64,000 nucleotides of DNA. It comes from Octopus sinensis (lineage: Eukaryota). The notes beneath the pieces are model-generated. The model worked only from the letters and a program-made list of their open reading frames with translations, was not told the origin of the DNA and searched no databases. Positions 1-14,491 of this stretch are shown piece after piece; within the stretch, counting starts at the first letter, position 1, and each line of letters opens with the position of its first letter. The position numbers and the translations under genes are program-made. The stretch covers positions 31,620,001-31,684,000 of the forward strand of contig NC_042998.1 of the NCBI RefSeq assembly GCF_006345805.1, given 5' to 3'.

Positions 1-590
1 CCGTACACAGACAACTTTGGCTGCTAAATTTTAAGAAGTTACCTCGTTAATTCTTCCATATTAGTTGTTATTACTGCTACGAGACAGAATATTTCTTGGA
101 AGCGGGTGGCGAACAAGACTGAAGGCTGATTGCAACAAATACTTAAATCTGTAAAATTTATCCATTTATATTTCTATTTTACAAAATAATGATCGCTTTT
201 ATAAATCTTATGTTTTGTATAGTTTTTCATTTTGCAGTGTAATTATAGGAAATCATTTTCTGTAACCAAGAACAAGAATAACACAGACCAAAACGAAAGT
301 TTTTTATAACATGTAGAAATCATTTGCAATATAACTGATTACTTATACTAAGGGAACTTATGCAAGTATATCTATGTATGTAACCGAAACACTGCTAGAA
401 TTTCATCTCTAAAGCTACTTTAAGCAGCTCATGCCTTATATCTACCAGTTGTTTGAAGAACGAACTAGAAGTAACACTTATCACGCATCACCTAACGCAC
501 TGCTCAATACACTGAAGCGAGGAAATAGTAGATCATAGATAAAGGTCACCTACAAGAACTGCCTCCTTAAAGAATTGAAAATGATAGTAT

Positions 591-622
591 GATATATATA
601 TATTTATATATATATATATATA

Positions 623-653
<31 letters not shown>

Positions 654-685
654 ATAGATATATATATAGATATGTGTGTGTGTGT
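591..685. repeat. Compound (TA)n/(TG)n microsatellite
   Basis: Direct reading of dinucleotide runs. Confidence 0.95.
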
Positions 686-852
686 AGGAGTATGCGTATG
701 TTTGTATAGTAAGAGAGAGGGGGGAAGGGTTGTCTTTTTTCCAGACGAGAATATTATCTAGCTTGCCTGTTGTTATCCATCAATTGTACACCATGTGCAA
801 TGTCAAGATATATAGCTTGGTCTTAGTATTCAAGAAGGGTGCTGCTACATTT

Positions 853-883
<31 letters not shown>

Positions 884-1134
884 TTATGCAAAAGTGCCGT
901 AAGTCCAAAACTTTGCTGTTTTCAGAAAACGAAAAAATAGCTTCACTACTCCATAGCAAAACCGTTGTCCTACACTTTGACAATTTTTGTTATCTTGGCA
1001 TCTGAAGCAGCTGGAGATACGATAGTTTTACCAAAAGAACCGACTATTGCAAGTATAAATAAATATTGGAAAAAAACGCATTTGGCGAAATTTGGACATA
1101 CGACAGTTTAACAGAATAGCAACAATATATATAT

Positions 1135-1320
1135 CATGATAGATCGATAGTCACTACACATTTTTTTCTCTCCTTGTTTTTTTCTGTGTCCCTTTCTGTA
1201 GAAGAGCGTAGGCTCGAAACATAAAAGACTTTTTCAATTCCTGAGCGATATACTAATACATCTGTTTGTTTTGTACACCACCTGTCTTCGTCTTTTGTTT
1301 TTTTCGTGAACTCTCCCTAT
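1135..1320 (+). mobile_element. Penelope-like terminal repeat fragment (family P1) with hammerhead-like motif at 1192-1227
   Basis: Homologous to 8383-8558, 28191-28400 and 50143-50290. Contains cttt-CTGTAGA-A-GAGC-GTAG-GCTC-GAAA-C-ATA-aaag and ends in (TA)n. The Penelope assignment is inferred from the ribozyme-like motif. Confidence 0.6.
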
Positions 1321-1602
1321 AAATATATATGTATATTAATGCTTGTTTTTATAATTAGTTTAAAAACGAAGAATTTTACATTAAAATGTTACCCTATAAT
1401 ACTTTTGTAGAGTAAAAAATTATTATTCTTCAAGAAGGCAATTACTGTCAATGACTTCAAAGCTTCAGTTTGCAAGGCTTAGAGGTTCGAATCTTCGAAG
1501 TCACTATCAATTCTTGTATAAGAATAATGTATATGTTAATATATGTGTATAAAGTGTCAGTTAACTGGCCGAGATTATTGAGAACGTCTTAAAACGTTCA
1601 CT

Positions 1603-2048
1603 CTTTATTCTCCCCATCGTCACCGTGAGCGCTAAACCGTTTGCATAACGTGGAGAATATACCACGAGTTTAACATAAGATTCTGAATTCTTCCAAGGCT
1701 TGGTCCACGTGCCACACGCTCCCTACACAATTCAGGCTCACCACACAATTTCTTGTCCTCGACAAGTGCTGCTCTATTTAGCATTTTCCCAATACAAATC
1801 AAAGAAGAAGAAAAAAATCTCCTATCACCTTCAAAGGAATCCCGGACAAATTTCTTCAAACGATACCAGATAAGCGACCTATCCCTGTGTATGTTTCACT
1901 CGATAGGAATACTCCTACTTGAATGGGCCCAAGTACCACAAAACTCGTCTTTAAAATGACTCAAATAGATCCGACCTTCCGCTGCTAACAAGTTAAACAT
2001 TACATAGGCAAATCATTGCCCGAAACATTTCTAAGTTATCTAAGATAT
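1603..2048 (+). mobile_element. Decayed 3' end of CR1/L2-like non-LTR retrotransposon
   Basis: Frameshifted translation SPHRHRER*TVCITWRIYHE...PRLGPRA...FKGIPDKFLQTIPDKRP...LLEWAQVP matches the copy at 32530-32893 and the typical RT C-terminus of CR1-group LINEs. Confidence 0.75.
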
Positions 2049-2055
2049 ATATATG

Positions 2056-2086
<31 letters not shown>

Positions 2087-4168
2087 TACATGCACACGCG
2101 CTGCACATAAGAAAAAAACCTTTGTGCCGTAGAATTATTCAATAAGCTTGAAACCCCACCATGTGAATGAAGAGTGATTTTGGAGCATCGTGGAAGACGT
2201 TATGTAAAATGGAAGTTAATATGAAGAGATATCCTTTTTGCTTGTATGTATGTATGTACATACATACATACATACATACATACATACATACATGTGTGTA
2301 TGAGTGTTTGTGTCTAGGCACTTTGATATGTACATATTCATTTTTTAATTAAAACACAGGAGAATGATAGCTTGCTTGAGTGTTAAAGCCTTTACACACT
2401 CTGGCTAATTTTCTGTTCGTCTGTGGCTAGTTCATTGGTTTCAAAACTTTCGAAACTGGTGTGGTGGTACTCGTTTCCTTCAAGCGTTTGTCAGAATGGA
2501 ATTTCTTGTGTTGAAAACATTTATGTCTCGGTTTGTTCCCATGTTGTTACAGATTCGAAGTGGTTTGAACTGCAAACAGTCGGCAGATCTATGGGAACGG
2601 CGGTCTTCAGGCTCTCGTGTATGTTTGCGACAATGAAATGCCGCCACCTCCGCAGTTTTCGCACTCGAGACATTTCTCGGAAGATGCAACACGGTCAGGA
2701 ACCATTGTAATCTCCCATCGCTCGCGTGGCATCCTCCACCTCCTCGGAAGTGCCGTGGTTGTGTAGGAAATAAAGAGTTGGTCTAATCGTAGTATGTCAG
2801 CGTTATTGTGAGAACACATGATGAAAAGCAATTTATCTTAAAACGTAAACTAGAAGGAACCGTTAAACCTCGTTACATACATACATACATAAATACATTA
2901 ACATGTATGCTTGTATGCTTGTGTGTGTGCGTGTGTACCGTTATCATGTCATTGTTCAATAACATAGCTGAATATATTTGTACTCCTGACAACAATAAGG
3001 AATTTGATACTTCTTTAGGCGTACTTCGGGGTGATATATCAGAACCTGATCTCTTCGTAATTACTCTGAATTATACAAAGCATATATCACTTTCTAAAGA
3101 CTGATACACAGTAAACTTTCCGAAGTAATTCCTCTTATATTACCTTTAACGCTACAGGCGTTGGTGTTAACATCTCGGCCTTCAAATATATCTTACAAGT
3201 TTTGAATTTACATCTGAAAAATTAGTTTTAAGATATAAATAAGTTACAAATCAAAGGAATGTCTGCTGATGACATAAATTTCGTGATCATACGTATAGCA
3301 TCGGAATCTGAACATTCTACTCTCACACATGTTTAATATCTTCAACGTGATATTATAGATTTAGACTGCTTTTAGAAAAAGGTTGGAAATTAGCGTGGGT
3401 AGAAATGTGAAAACTTTTACTTTCTCTAGTGAAGAATGAAAATTAAAATGCTACTTTTCAAAGGTTGCACCGACTCTTCCATTCAAAAGTAGGAGAATTA
3501 ATAGAAATAATATCAGAAGAAATAAGCTCTTCGTAGCTATCTTTCACCATTTCCTCCGGGAATTCATTTGTCCACGCAAGGAAAAGAATATGATAAAAAT
3601 AAAATTCAAACTGTAAAAGCGAAGACCTCGGGTGATATTATTTTACAGTAAAAAAATTCGTTTAAACTTGTTTTGTGATGATGACGTATACCAAAAATCA
3701 CTAAAATTAATCTACATAGATTTAACCAGTTGAGGGAGGTTTGAAAAGAAACACATTTACACGGTCAATGAAGATCTAGTCAGAACAGTATTAGATTTAG
3801 TGATGCTGTCGATAGTGATACAGTTAACAACCAATGGGGAAGGGTGAGCGGCCAGGACTAAGTTCATAACATCTCTTACGCTGTGGACTATAACTTATTG
3901 AAATGAAAAAAGGACGTTGGAGAAGCAGAAGAGGAAGAAGGCGACGAGGAGTGAAAAGATCTGAATGTGTGGACACAACTTTCATGTTTATTTGTCAAAT
4001 TGAATGCATTCACATATGAATAATATATCTTTCATTTGGGAATGATGTTCATATTATAGAATATAAATTACTGAAATACTGAATACTGTTTATTAAATTA
4101 TCATCAATATCATATTAAAATTTGATAAATCCTATACAACAGCTTAGTCTCGAGGACGTCCATTTGTA

Positions 4169-4202
<34 letters not shown>

Positions 4203-4894
4203 TATATAATATATATATATATACACACATAACGTATACGTGTGCGCATGTGTCTTTGCATGCTTATATGTGTAGTAGACATTTTTTGTGTACTTTCTTA
4301 GTTTCTCTTAGAATCTTTGTAAAATACGCTGTATCAAAACACAACATTAATTTAGCGATAGAAACCAAACTAATTCTGACAGGAGCTTGAATAAATGTCA
4401 ACTGAACTAATTTGTTTGTAGAAGAAGCTGACTTGCCTGTGTTTCAAGGTCACTGGTCTATTGATAGTTGGATGTTCTCCAACCGAGTTAGTACTTTTTG
4501 AAGTCTTCTTTTCGTTCTTAATTAGTGGTAATTAAAGTGAAAAGGTCAACACTTTAGGCAAGATCAATGTGTAAATATTATTAACCAGGAAAGACCTCAA
4601 TGAATAAAATGACGGATACACCAATGAATGTTTTTCTGAAGATACTGCTACCTTAAGTCAAGTCTGCTTATTTCTGTTAATATAGGTCTAGTGTGTTTAG
4701 AATAGACTCCAAAGTACTCCAAAGATATGTAAATATTATAGGTGAGAATAAATGGGACATCTTTCATATTTGAACTTTGAACGTTGAGTTAGTAGGCTTT
4801 AAGCACCAGGTGCAGCATACCAACTGACTACTAACTCGAGTCTAAAAACAAAAATTACAGTCAGTAAACTTCTGTCTTGTGCGTGTGAAAAGCA

Positions 4895-5173
<279 letters not shown>

Positions 5174-5490
5174 AAACGGGAAGGGAGAGCTATTTTTATC
5201 ATACTTGTGGCTATGGCGAAAGAATGTATCTGGTGGACGCGTCTGAAAGGATTAGAGACAAACACTTTCCTCTCTGGTCAATCTCTCATCAACTTCTTCA
5301 AGTATCACTTGAAGAAAAAAGTGAGAGTAGAGAGGCAAGTTTTGTCTAGTGAATGTTTTAAAAAAAGATGGGTGAATGTAGCAAGGATGGCACGTATGAA
5401 TGACGAAGCCACCTTGACTATGATTCTATGAACCGTAAAAATTAATACAGAGAGTTGCTTATTTGCAAAAAAAAAAAAGAAATATAACAT

Positions 5491-5730
5491 GTGACTTCAT
5501 TGATCGAGGTTACCGTGGTCTTTTTCCGTAGGCTTTTCTTTCCACGGGTAAACCTCACCTGTCCTCTCCTTTACACTTCATATTGACATTTCTGTGATAA
5601 CGATCCCTATTGATCAATTTTTTTTCCTCTCCCCCTTTTTTTTTTAACCTCCCCCTTTTTTTGTCCTCTTTCTCTCCTTTTACGATCCCTTTTGATCGAC
5701 CCCCCCTTTTTTATTTTATTTTATTTTTTA

Positions 5731-5767
<37 letters not shown>

Positions 5768-5860
5768 TTTTTTTTTTTTTTAAACCTTCAAAAGAAAAGC
5801 TCTACCTTGTAATTTGTTCTATCTGTGTGCAGCCCTGTGTGGCTAATAAAGAAACATATC
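5491..5860 (+). mobile_element. Probable LINE 3' UTR remnant ending in AATAAA then (TATC)n
   Basis: Ends agccctgtgtggctaataaagaaa followed by a simple-repeat tail; recognised from memory as a recurrent octopus LINE tail; interrupted by (TTA)n/poly-T. Confidence 0.45.
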
Positions 5861-5990
5861 TATCTATCTATCTATCTATATATCTATCCATCTATCCATT
5901 CATCCCTCTGTCTGTCTATCTCTCTGTCTATATATATCTATATATTATATGTGTGAGTGTGTATGTATGTATATATGTATGTATATGTGA

Positions 5991-6317
5991 AGGCGTATGG
6001 CTCAGTGCTTAGAGCGTTAGGTTCACAAATATGATATAGTAAGTTCGATTCCCGAACAAGGCTGTGTGTTGTGTTCTTCGGTAAGATACATTATTTCACG
6101 TTGCTCCAGTTCACTCAGCTGTAGAAATGAGTTGCAACGTCACTGGTTCTAAGCTGTATCGGCCCCTTTGCCTTGGATAACATAGGCGGAATGGAGAGGT
6201 GGGGTTGATATGAACGAGTGACTGTTGGTCTTCCATGAACAACCTTATGCGGACTTGTAACTTGGAGGGGAACTTTCTAGGTGCAATCCAATGATCATTC
6301 ATTGTCGAAAGGAGTCT
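5991..6317 (+). mobile_element. tRNA-derived SINE (family E)
   Basis: A-box-like tggctcagtgcttag and B-box-like agttcgattccc, followed by a CORE-like gtgttcttcggtaagatacattatttcac segment. Confidence 0.7.
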
Positions 6318-6378
6318 ACATTTTTTACACTTATGTTGTGTATATGTATGTATATAAGCACACACGCACACACACACA

Positions 6379-6425
<47 letters not shown>

Positions 6426-6441
6426 GATATATATATATATA

Positions 6442-6478
<37 letters not shown>

Positions 6479-6589
6479 TACAAACATATATGTGTGTATA
6501 CAAAGTGTTCGGTCTGAATTCGACAGTTTGCACAAAAGGAAAAGACAACATCCCTTCCAAACATAAAGTTTCAAAACAAAAGTACGGCT

Positions 6590-6860
6590 GAGAGATAACG
6601 GTTTGCTGAAAGTAGCCGCCTTCGTCTTGCACCATGGCCTCAAGCCGGTTCCGAAACCTGGCACATGCATTCCTCACTGTGTCCCTGGTTAGAACTTCGA
6701 ACACTTCATTGATATTGGCCGCCAGGTTGGCCCTACTGTTGCCGGTGGAGACAGTGGTGTCTTTCTCAAACGTATCTCACGCATAATAACCCATGTGGTT
6801 ATAGTTGGGGTGAATTAGGAGAACAGAGATTGGGCTTGGTGAAGTAGAAATTTCCCGACA
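6590..6860 (-). pseudogene. Tc1/mariner (maT/DD37D-like) transposase C-terminal relic
   Basis: Minus strand reads FTKPNLCSPNSPQL / NHMGYYA*DTFEKD...RANLAANINEVFEVLTRDTVRNACARFRNRLEAMVQDEGGYF, resembling the WPPNSPDLNP(L)DY...AC.SF..RLEAVI...GG end of Tc1/maT transposases; one frameshift and a stop. Confidence 0.7.
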
Positions 6861-7491
6861 ACTGCCAAAGGAAAATAACGAGAAGAGAGTGCCTTTATTG
6901 AAAAGGTTACTCTCCCTTTCAACATGTGCACTCTGAGGTACAATAGCAGTTAATTAAAAAAGTTATGTTCAGGTTTTTCCTTACTTTCCGTACAAATTTC
7001 TTATATTTATGTGTGTCTGTATGTATATGTGTGTGTGTGTATCTGCATATATGTATGCATTTATGCATGTATATATATATGTAAGTATGTGTATACCTGT
7101 GTATATGTATATTTTCGAATGTGGCCAGTTCACACACCGCCCATCTGTATTTTCTTGACTGTTTGTGGTTAATAATACAGTCATATTGGATTAGTCCCGC
7201 CAAACAACAGTGAGAGTAAAGTAAAGAACAGCGACATTCGTGCAGGAGCCGAGCAGAATGCTGAAATAAATTAGTGATTTGAATGAAAATAGGTCGCAGT
7301 GTAACCTGCCCCCACCTGCCCCCACCTGCACACACACACACACACACACACACTCACGCCAGACACGCACAGAAGGAATGAATATACACTTAGGAATGTA
7401 TAACATGTACCATATATGTACAATATTAAACACTAAGTCTAGTGTATTGAATGGCTGCAGACAGATCGGTAAAAATGCATTCACATGCGTG

Positions 7492-7494
<3 letters not shown>

Positions 7495-7543
<49 letters not shown>

Positions 7544-7589
7544 GTGTGTGTGGTGTATGTATATATATATATATTTATGTGTGTGTGTG

Positions 7590-7640
<51 letters not shown>
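7495..7640. repeat. (TA)n/(TG)n microsatellite
   Basis: Direct reading. Confidence 0.95.
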
Positions 7641-7643
<3 letters not shown>

Positions 7644-8382
7644 TTTCAAGTTGTAATATATTTTAATATAAATATTCTAATTCTTATTTTTATAGTATTT
7701 TCGAAATTCAATCAGATTCAAAGAGAACAATCTTATATTTGTGCTGAATATATTTTTTATGATATTCGTGGATAGTTCAATATTTCCATTAAACACTATA
7801 TGGTTCGGTACAAATCTAATTACATCATAAAGAATTCCATTCAAATAACACTACAAAGAACCTTATCCATTTCAGATTGTTCCCACCAAATATCTGATTC
7901 TATTAACAAGAATAAAACCGAAATAAAAAAATAGAAAGTGAAACTTCTGATAATTTCTATATACTATAAACTTCGTTACTTCTCTAAATTAATCAATTAA
8001 GCACCTAGAAATCTTATCATGCCTTACATGGTTTCACAGAATTGAATAAAGAAGCACGTTGTTTTGCTAATGAAATTTCACTGGCCGCAAAAAGAAAGCT
8101 ACTGTGAAATAAAGCCATAGAATACGTGTGTTGGCATTATAACTGTGAATTAGATATAAATATAAAGGTGGCGAGATTGAAAAGTATTCCATTTTCCATC
8201 AAGTAAGACATGGTCGATAAAACAAATTTAGTATCAACATCAACAAGTGATACTAAACACTGCCACAGTCGTAGTTTTCTTTTTCTAGATGAAAACCTTT
8301 TCTAGATGAAAAACGTTATTAACGGTTACATGTAGTTATTTCTTAGAATACAAGTATACTTATAACCTATTGTTGAAATTTA

Positions 8383-8558
8383 AAGAAAAACAAAAGACGG
8401 AGACATGTGCATAAACAACAAGCAGGTGTATTAGTTTGACGCTCGGCAAGGTGAAAAGGTCTTTTACATTTCGAGCCTACGCTCTTCAACAGAAAGGAAC
8501 ATGAGAAAATAAACAGAGAGAGAATAGAATATCTTTTGGAGTCAGCGGTCAATCATAG
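8383..8558 (-). mobile_element. Penelope-like terminal repeat fragment (P1) with hammerhead-like motif at 8461-8496
   Basis: Reverse complement reads cttt-CTGTTGA-A-GAGC-GTAG-GCTC-GAAA-T-GTA-aaag; homologous to 1135-1320. Confidence 0.6.
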
Positions 8559-10565
8559 TCAATAACTTATAATGTATAGTGCAGTGTCCTTATCGCTAAC
8601 ATATAACCAGTTTTAATATACTTTAAATAAAAAAAAGCTAAGAAGCATAAATATAAGATGTGTATAACTCTCCCCCTCTACCAAAGGAGACCAAATATGA
8701 AGCTTAACAAAGAGAATAATATTTAATAATATATAAAATTAATGTATTAAAACAATTTATTCGTTGAATGAAAACCAATAATAGTTTTGTTGATGTTTCG
8801 CCCCAGGTTATTCGTGAACGAACCGAAATATCAAATGGATTTCCACTTTGGTCTTCCTGCGTTTTTGTGAATGTCGGACAACAATCAATTTAGTATTAGA
8901 AAAGGAAAATAAACATTCTTGCGGCTGTTTTATTCAGTCTCATGATGAAGCTGATGTGTTGCATAATTGCATTTATCACGCTTAAATATGTTTCTACTAA
9001 TTAATTTCTGTCGCCTTTGGCGGACATCTAACCTCTGCAGCTGTTGTACTTCTGTTATAATGAGTATTATTTTTATTTGCAATCTGGATGGTTCTAGAAT
9101 TTAGGTGACGCCAAAAATTGCGAGTACATTACAGAGTATAATGTTGAAAACCAAACTGTCAGAAACTTGACGCAGTCCAATCTGCTTAAGAAAGACAAGA
9201 GCATTAGTTCACATTGATCCATCATAACGATCTGGAAGGAGCGGTTGCATTGTATAATCTAATATTATATAATCTAAAGGTCCTTATTTGGTGGTAGTAG
9301 AACTAGCTGAAGTGTCATTGACCACATCGGATACAGTGCTATTGTTTAAAATGTGAAAATAAAGCTTCGTATTCTAGAAGGTAAGAACGACATTTCTATT
9401 TAGGCTTGTGCACATTAAAGTTTGCAATATGCGACTAATTTGTATTATTAGCATAATGAAGCGCCTATGAAACCATCTTGAAGTTTACTTGAGTTCAAGG
9501 GACAGATTCCACCGTCCATTACAACGGTTATGATGCAGCGTACATAATAAGATCGAGAAAAGTATAGACCAACAAAGTTAAAAAACAACATGGCACGCAA
9601 ATGAAGGGATATACACAGAGATTCGAACCGGGTACTCATTCCTCTAGGTTGTTTATAAAGAGATTTCAAGATATATATAGAGTTACTTATGCATAAATTA
9701 GAGAATAATCCTAATTATATTTAAAACTAAATGATTTAGTTGTGAAACTCTATTTTAGCGAATGTCTACAATAGTAATTATAATAAAATGTGTGCTTAAT
9801 TGTTTCAGTCACGGATGTTACTTCACGTTTGGTAAGGTTGTGAATGCTCTCTAATGTACTATTGAGATTGTCGCTGGGACATCTGAAAGACTAATGGAGT
9901 ACTTTTGAGTAAAAGTTTCTTCATTTATTCAGCTTTCACCACTGTGATGGTGGCCTAATTTTTTGGTAATTGAGTTGTATGATGTAGACCTTCTCTGAAT
10001 GAAAAATAAACCCTACTTGGATTTGTGCATATTAAAGTGACTAGCCTTGTAAATAAGGTTACTCTGCCGACGTAGCCTGCCTATAAGCCATATTTCATTT
10101 ACGGAAAACTTATCATTTTTTACAATGCATACTTTTTCTCAGTGAGTACTGAATGACTTCTCAAATTTATATTTAATTTTAAGTTCCAACGTAACATCGA
10201 AACGAGTTCAGAATATTAGGAGTTTTGACATGGTGACTGCTTTGCAATCTTTTCAACGCATCAATTTATGCAAACGACAGTTGTCAGTGTGTTGAAAATT
10301 GCCCCAATCGAGATAATCCAATTGCTTACATATTAATGAAAACACTATCGTCTGATCAAGAAATCACTGCAAATAAAGCTCTCTTAGACCTCGTAAACAT
10401 GGGTATTTAATGAAATAACAAGGCATTGCAACTGAAAGAAAGATGGCTATCTAATTATCTTAGTAAATACATTAAAAGCTTGTATATTATCATTATCTTT
10501 CCACTATATTTTCAGTATTAACTTAAATTTCAACAGCAAAAGTATCAGCTACTACGTTCTTTTAG

Positions 10566-10858
10566 TTTGTTCCTTCTCGAGCCACGCTTGGCTCATAAGG
10601 GCCGGGTTCCCAGTTTCCGTGGCGTATAGGTTTCTCACATGAACGGGACGCCGGTCCGTCGCAGGTGAGCTGCAAGATGCAGGAAGAAAGAGTGAGAGAA
10701 AGTTGTGGCGAAAGTATCAGCATAAGTTCGCCATTACCTTCTGTCGGAGCCGCGTGGAGCTTAGGTGTTTCGCTCATAAACACACACATCGCCTGGTCTG
10801 AGATTCGAACCCGCGATCGCTCGACTGCTGCTCTAACCACTAGGCCATGTGCCTCCAC
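10566..10858 (-). mobile_element. tRNA-derived SINE (family C head, tail type iii)
   Basis: Reverse complement starts ggaggcacatggcctagtggttagagc and contains B-box gggttcgaatc; homologous to 13613-13886. Confidence 0.85.
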
Positions 10859-13527
10859 TAAGGTCTTATACCACAGTAATGTATACAGTTTCAGTTCATA
10901 CTAAATGAATATTAGTTACCTCTATCAATGCAGCAGTGGGTATGAACATAATATCGGAATTCCAATACGCTTAGGGAGTTGATCCAGTATGGGAATGTTG
11001 GTCAGTGGGAAATATTGTTCGCCAAAGAAGGAGCTAAGTTCTTACTATTTGTTAAGCCTGAATAAAGATAGTTAATGACTGCAGTGGGAAACAAGGCACA
11101 GAGCTACACAGGGTAGCATGAAAGAATTTACTATTTCTATTGATTCTGCAACTGAACACAGGAATGTCTGTTAGATCAGGTTCCAGATTATTCTCGTAAA
11201 CGATAAGCATGGAAACTCAACGATGCATAATTGCAATAAAGAAGCAATTGCGTTTAGTTTCACTCCTGCGGTGCTGAGTTAATAATTTATTCACAGTAGG
11301 TGTTGACTCTTACGCTATAGAATTATCGGCAAAAATGAACACCGTGGATGTGCTGGATCTGTTTGATCATATAAAGCCTGCAACTTGAAATCGAACATTT
11401 AAACAGGGACCTGCAGTAATTGAAAGAAATACCGTGCATACATTAGAGTGTGGAAAACGTTGATGCAAAAGGCTTCTTGTGACTCAACTTCTATAACCAG
11501 TAGCTCCCAATCCCGTTTTTGTTGCTCTTTTCAATTATATAGACATGGCGTTGCATCTAAATGCGGGGACGAGAGTAAACGAACAAGACAGAAAACGTAA
11601 GCCGTCGATAGTGATTCGTATTATCAAAGTGTCAATATCCTCTTTGAAAGGCATAAAAGCCGATCTCATATCACGTCCAAACTGTCGTTGGAAACTATAT
11701 TAAATTTCACAGGGCTTTTCCTATTCTTTAAATCCTGTGGAGCGGATCATAATTTGATGGGTATCTTTGAATAAGAAAGCTCGAGCAAATATTCATATTG
11801 GCTCACTAACTGATCAATGTGGATTTATCAAAGAGTGAAACAAACCGAAACATTATGATAACGATATGTTCGTTACAGAAGCTGTTCAGACTAGCTTTTA
11901 CAGATAATCTGTTGGATATATTTCTATAACTACTGATGAGGCCTTGTGAGTTGGTTTGTATTACTTGTAATCTAGGCAGTGGGATTGGTAAGGACACGTT
12001 TCTAGAAACGCTTAATTTACAAATAGATACATGTTCATTGCCATACGATATACATATGCAGCTGTGCCTGTTCGCTTGATGTGAGTATATTGGGAAATAT
12101 TGTTAAATTTTATATTATGTTTAGAAAACAGCTGTGCTTATCTTAAAAGGTTTAAGTGACAGATGTAGAAGTTTATAATCAACCGCATCGATCGTTCAGT
12201 ATGGACGAAATCCTTTTCTCCAATCCAAGTACAAATAGCTAAAACTCTACAAATAGCATATAGTGGTCGACTAAATCGACAATATCTTCTTACAAGACTT
12301 AATTTCTGTATTGAAAATGTTTCAATAGTGATAAATGAATAACGATTAAGGCAATTAATTTTGGAAGATTTCTGCAAAGAGTGTAACGAAGGAAATGAGT
12401 AAGTAATACTCTAACCTACGAATAACATTTTAATTACATATTGTGTTTTACAATATATCTCAATGAATATATAGAGTTTTATCAAATGTGAACTTTTCTG
12501 CAAGTAATTATAACGGATGCTGCTAATAATTATACAAGAACCTATGTTGCTTCAGGGTCTTCCTAGCAATAATTAAAATTTGCTTTATTTCCGATCCAAA
12601 TATATAACTGATAACACAGTTTGTTTCATACATTTTTTTTACTGAACGTCGTTAAACAATCATATCATTGATTCGATGAAAGTACGCTGTAGATGCCTGG
12701 TCTCATCTAATTTTATATCAATGCAATACAGAAAATAAATATAACAAACATAATGTAAAAAAAGTGAAAAACACAGCTAAACATATTTAATCATATTTGA
12801 AAAGTTTCCTCATAGGTATATTTCTTTTGCTTTTTGAATAAATGTCAAGATTTACCAGAATATTATTCGGCAAAATGCACTTGTATAAATCTTCATATTA
12901 GTACGTTTGTCACTTGGAAATGTTGGAAAGTTGAACATTCCAATTTGTAGAAGATGCATACGTAACGACATCTGCTATTCGGTTCATTTTACTCACCTAT
13001 ACTCCATAAATGACTTATTGAACGGCATTTTCTCAATGCATGTAGTTGTAGTTCAGGCAGGCAACATAATCGATGCATTGTGTAAAATAGGTATTGAAAA
13101 AGAATGCTACGATCGAACACCATATATTTATTAAAGAAGTAATTTGATAGCTTAATGCAAGTAAAAAAAAAATACGAAAAGACGTGAAAAATAAAGCAGA
13201 ACAGATAAAAAATGTATACACATAATTTATTCCGTTAGCAACTAATAATATAAACCAGTAAAATTCGCCTGGTGAAAAGTGGATGTTCACTGAAATACTT
13301 AGACACGATTCATACTGTTACTCACAGTGGAATAAATATCATTCTATTAGAATAGGCACCAGCACATATTAACGATTTCTCTTTTGTCAGCTTTGGACAA
13401 TATGTAATGTTCCTGAGTTATTTCCATATCCCCGATAACACATTCTTCAATGCTTTATCGAATATTCTATTCAATTACATTCAGTCTTTCTATCAGTTGT
13501 GTTTTAGGAACTTCTATGATCCCACGT

Positions 13528-13566
<39 letters not shown>

Positions 13567-13612
13567 TACACACACACACACACACACGCATACACACACA
13601 CACACACACATA

Positions 13613-13886
13613 TGGAGACACATGGCCTAGTGGTTCGAGCAGCGGACTCGCGGTCGAGGGATCGCGGGTTCGAATCTCAGACCGGGCGATGTGTGTGTTC
13701 ATGAGCGAAACACCTAAGCTCCACGAGGCTCCGGCAGAAGGTAATGGCGAACTTCTGCTGACTCTTTCGCCACAACTTTCTCTTACTCTTTCCTCCTGCA
13801 TCTTGCAGCTCACCTGCGACGGACCGGCGTCCCATCCGGGAAAGCGGCCCTTATGAGCGAGGCATGGCTCAAGAAGGAACAAAGTA
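13613..13886 (+). mobile_element. tRNA-derived SINE (family C head, tail type iii)
   Basis: A-box tggcctagtggttcga and B-box gggttcgaatctc; follows a (CA)n array; homologous to 10566-10858. Confidence 0.85.
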
Positions 13887-13922
13887 ATATGTACATACAC
13901 ACACACGTATATATATAATACT

Positions 13923-14230
13923 AATGACTGGCACTCCGTCAGTTTCGTCGATGAGCATTCCAGCTGATCCACTCAGTGAAACAGCCTGCTCGTGAAAGTA
14001 ACGTGCAAGTAGCCGAGCACGCCATATGCATGCGTCGTCTTAACATAGTTGTCAGAGGGATTGAGAGTGACCCAGAATTTGACAATGCTGGACCTTTGAA
14101 ATACAGATATAACTCATTTTTTGCAAAGTGAATCAAACCGGAACAGCGTGAAATAAAATGTCTTGCTCATGGAAACAATGCGCCGCAAGGACACAAACTG
14201 ATGATCATAAGTCGAACTCTCTAACTGCTT
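13923..14230 (-). mobile_element. Older SINE (family D) sharing its 3' tail with family C
   Basis: gcactccgtcag...aacagcctgctcgtgaaagtaacgtgcaagt matches the tails at 17005 and 34993, but the head differs. Confidence 0.7.
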
Positions 14231-14292
14231 CACATACACTTTTACATACTACTATATATTTATTTACGCGTGTGTGTGTTTGTGTATATATG

Positions 14293-14332
<40 letters not shown>

Positions 14333-14451
14333 CTTTGCACACCGTCTGTGATGAAAGGATATCCACAATATCCCAGAAACAGCTGTAAGACTATTTCCTT
14401 TATAAATGTCCTGAAAACCTCTGACAGCCTGGGCGTGGTTATCTCATTCTG

Positions 14452-14491
<40 letters not shown>

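Noticed and set aside
3903-4020. Short Arg-rich ORF (MKKGRWRSRRGRRRRG...) resembling a protamine
   Set aside because: Only about 38 codons, produced by a GA-rich purine tract; no other support.
13613-13690. tRNA-like heads of SINE families as true tRNA genes
   Set aside because: They have A/B boxes but run directly into SINE bodies, and no complete cloverleaf with an acceptor stem could be supported.
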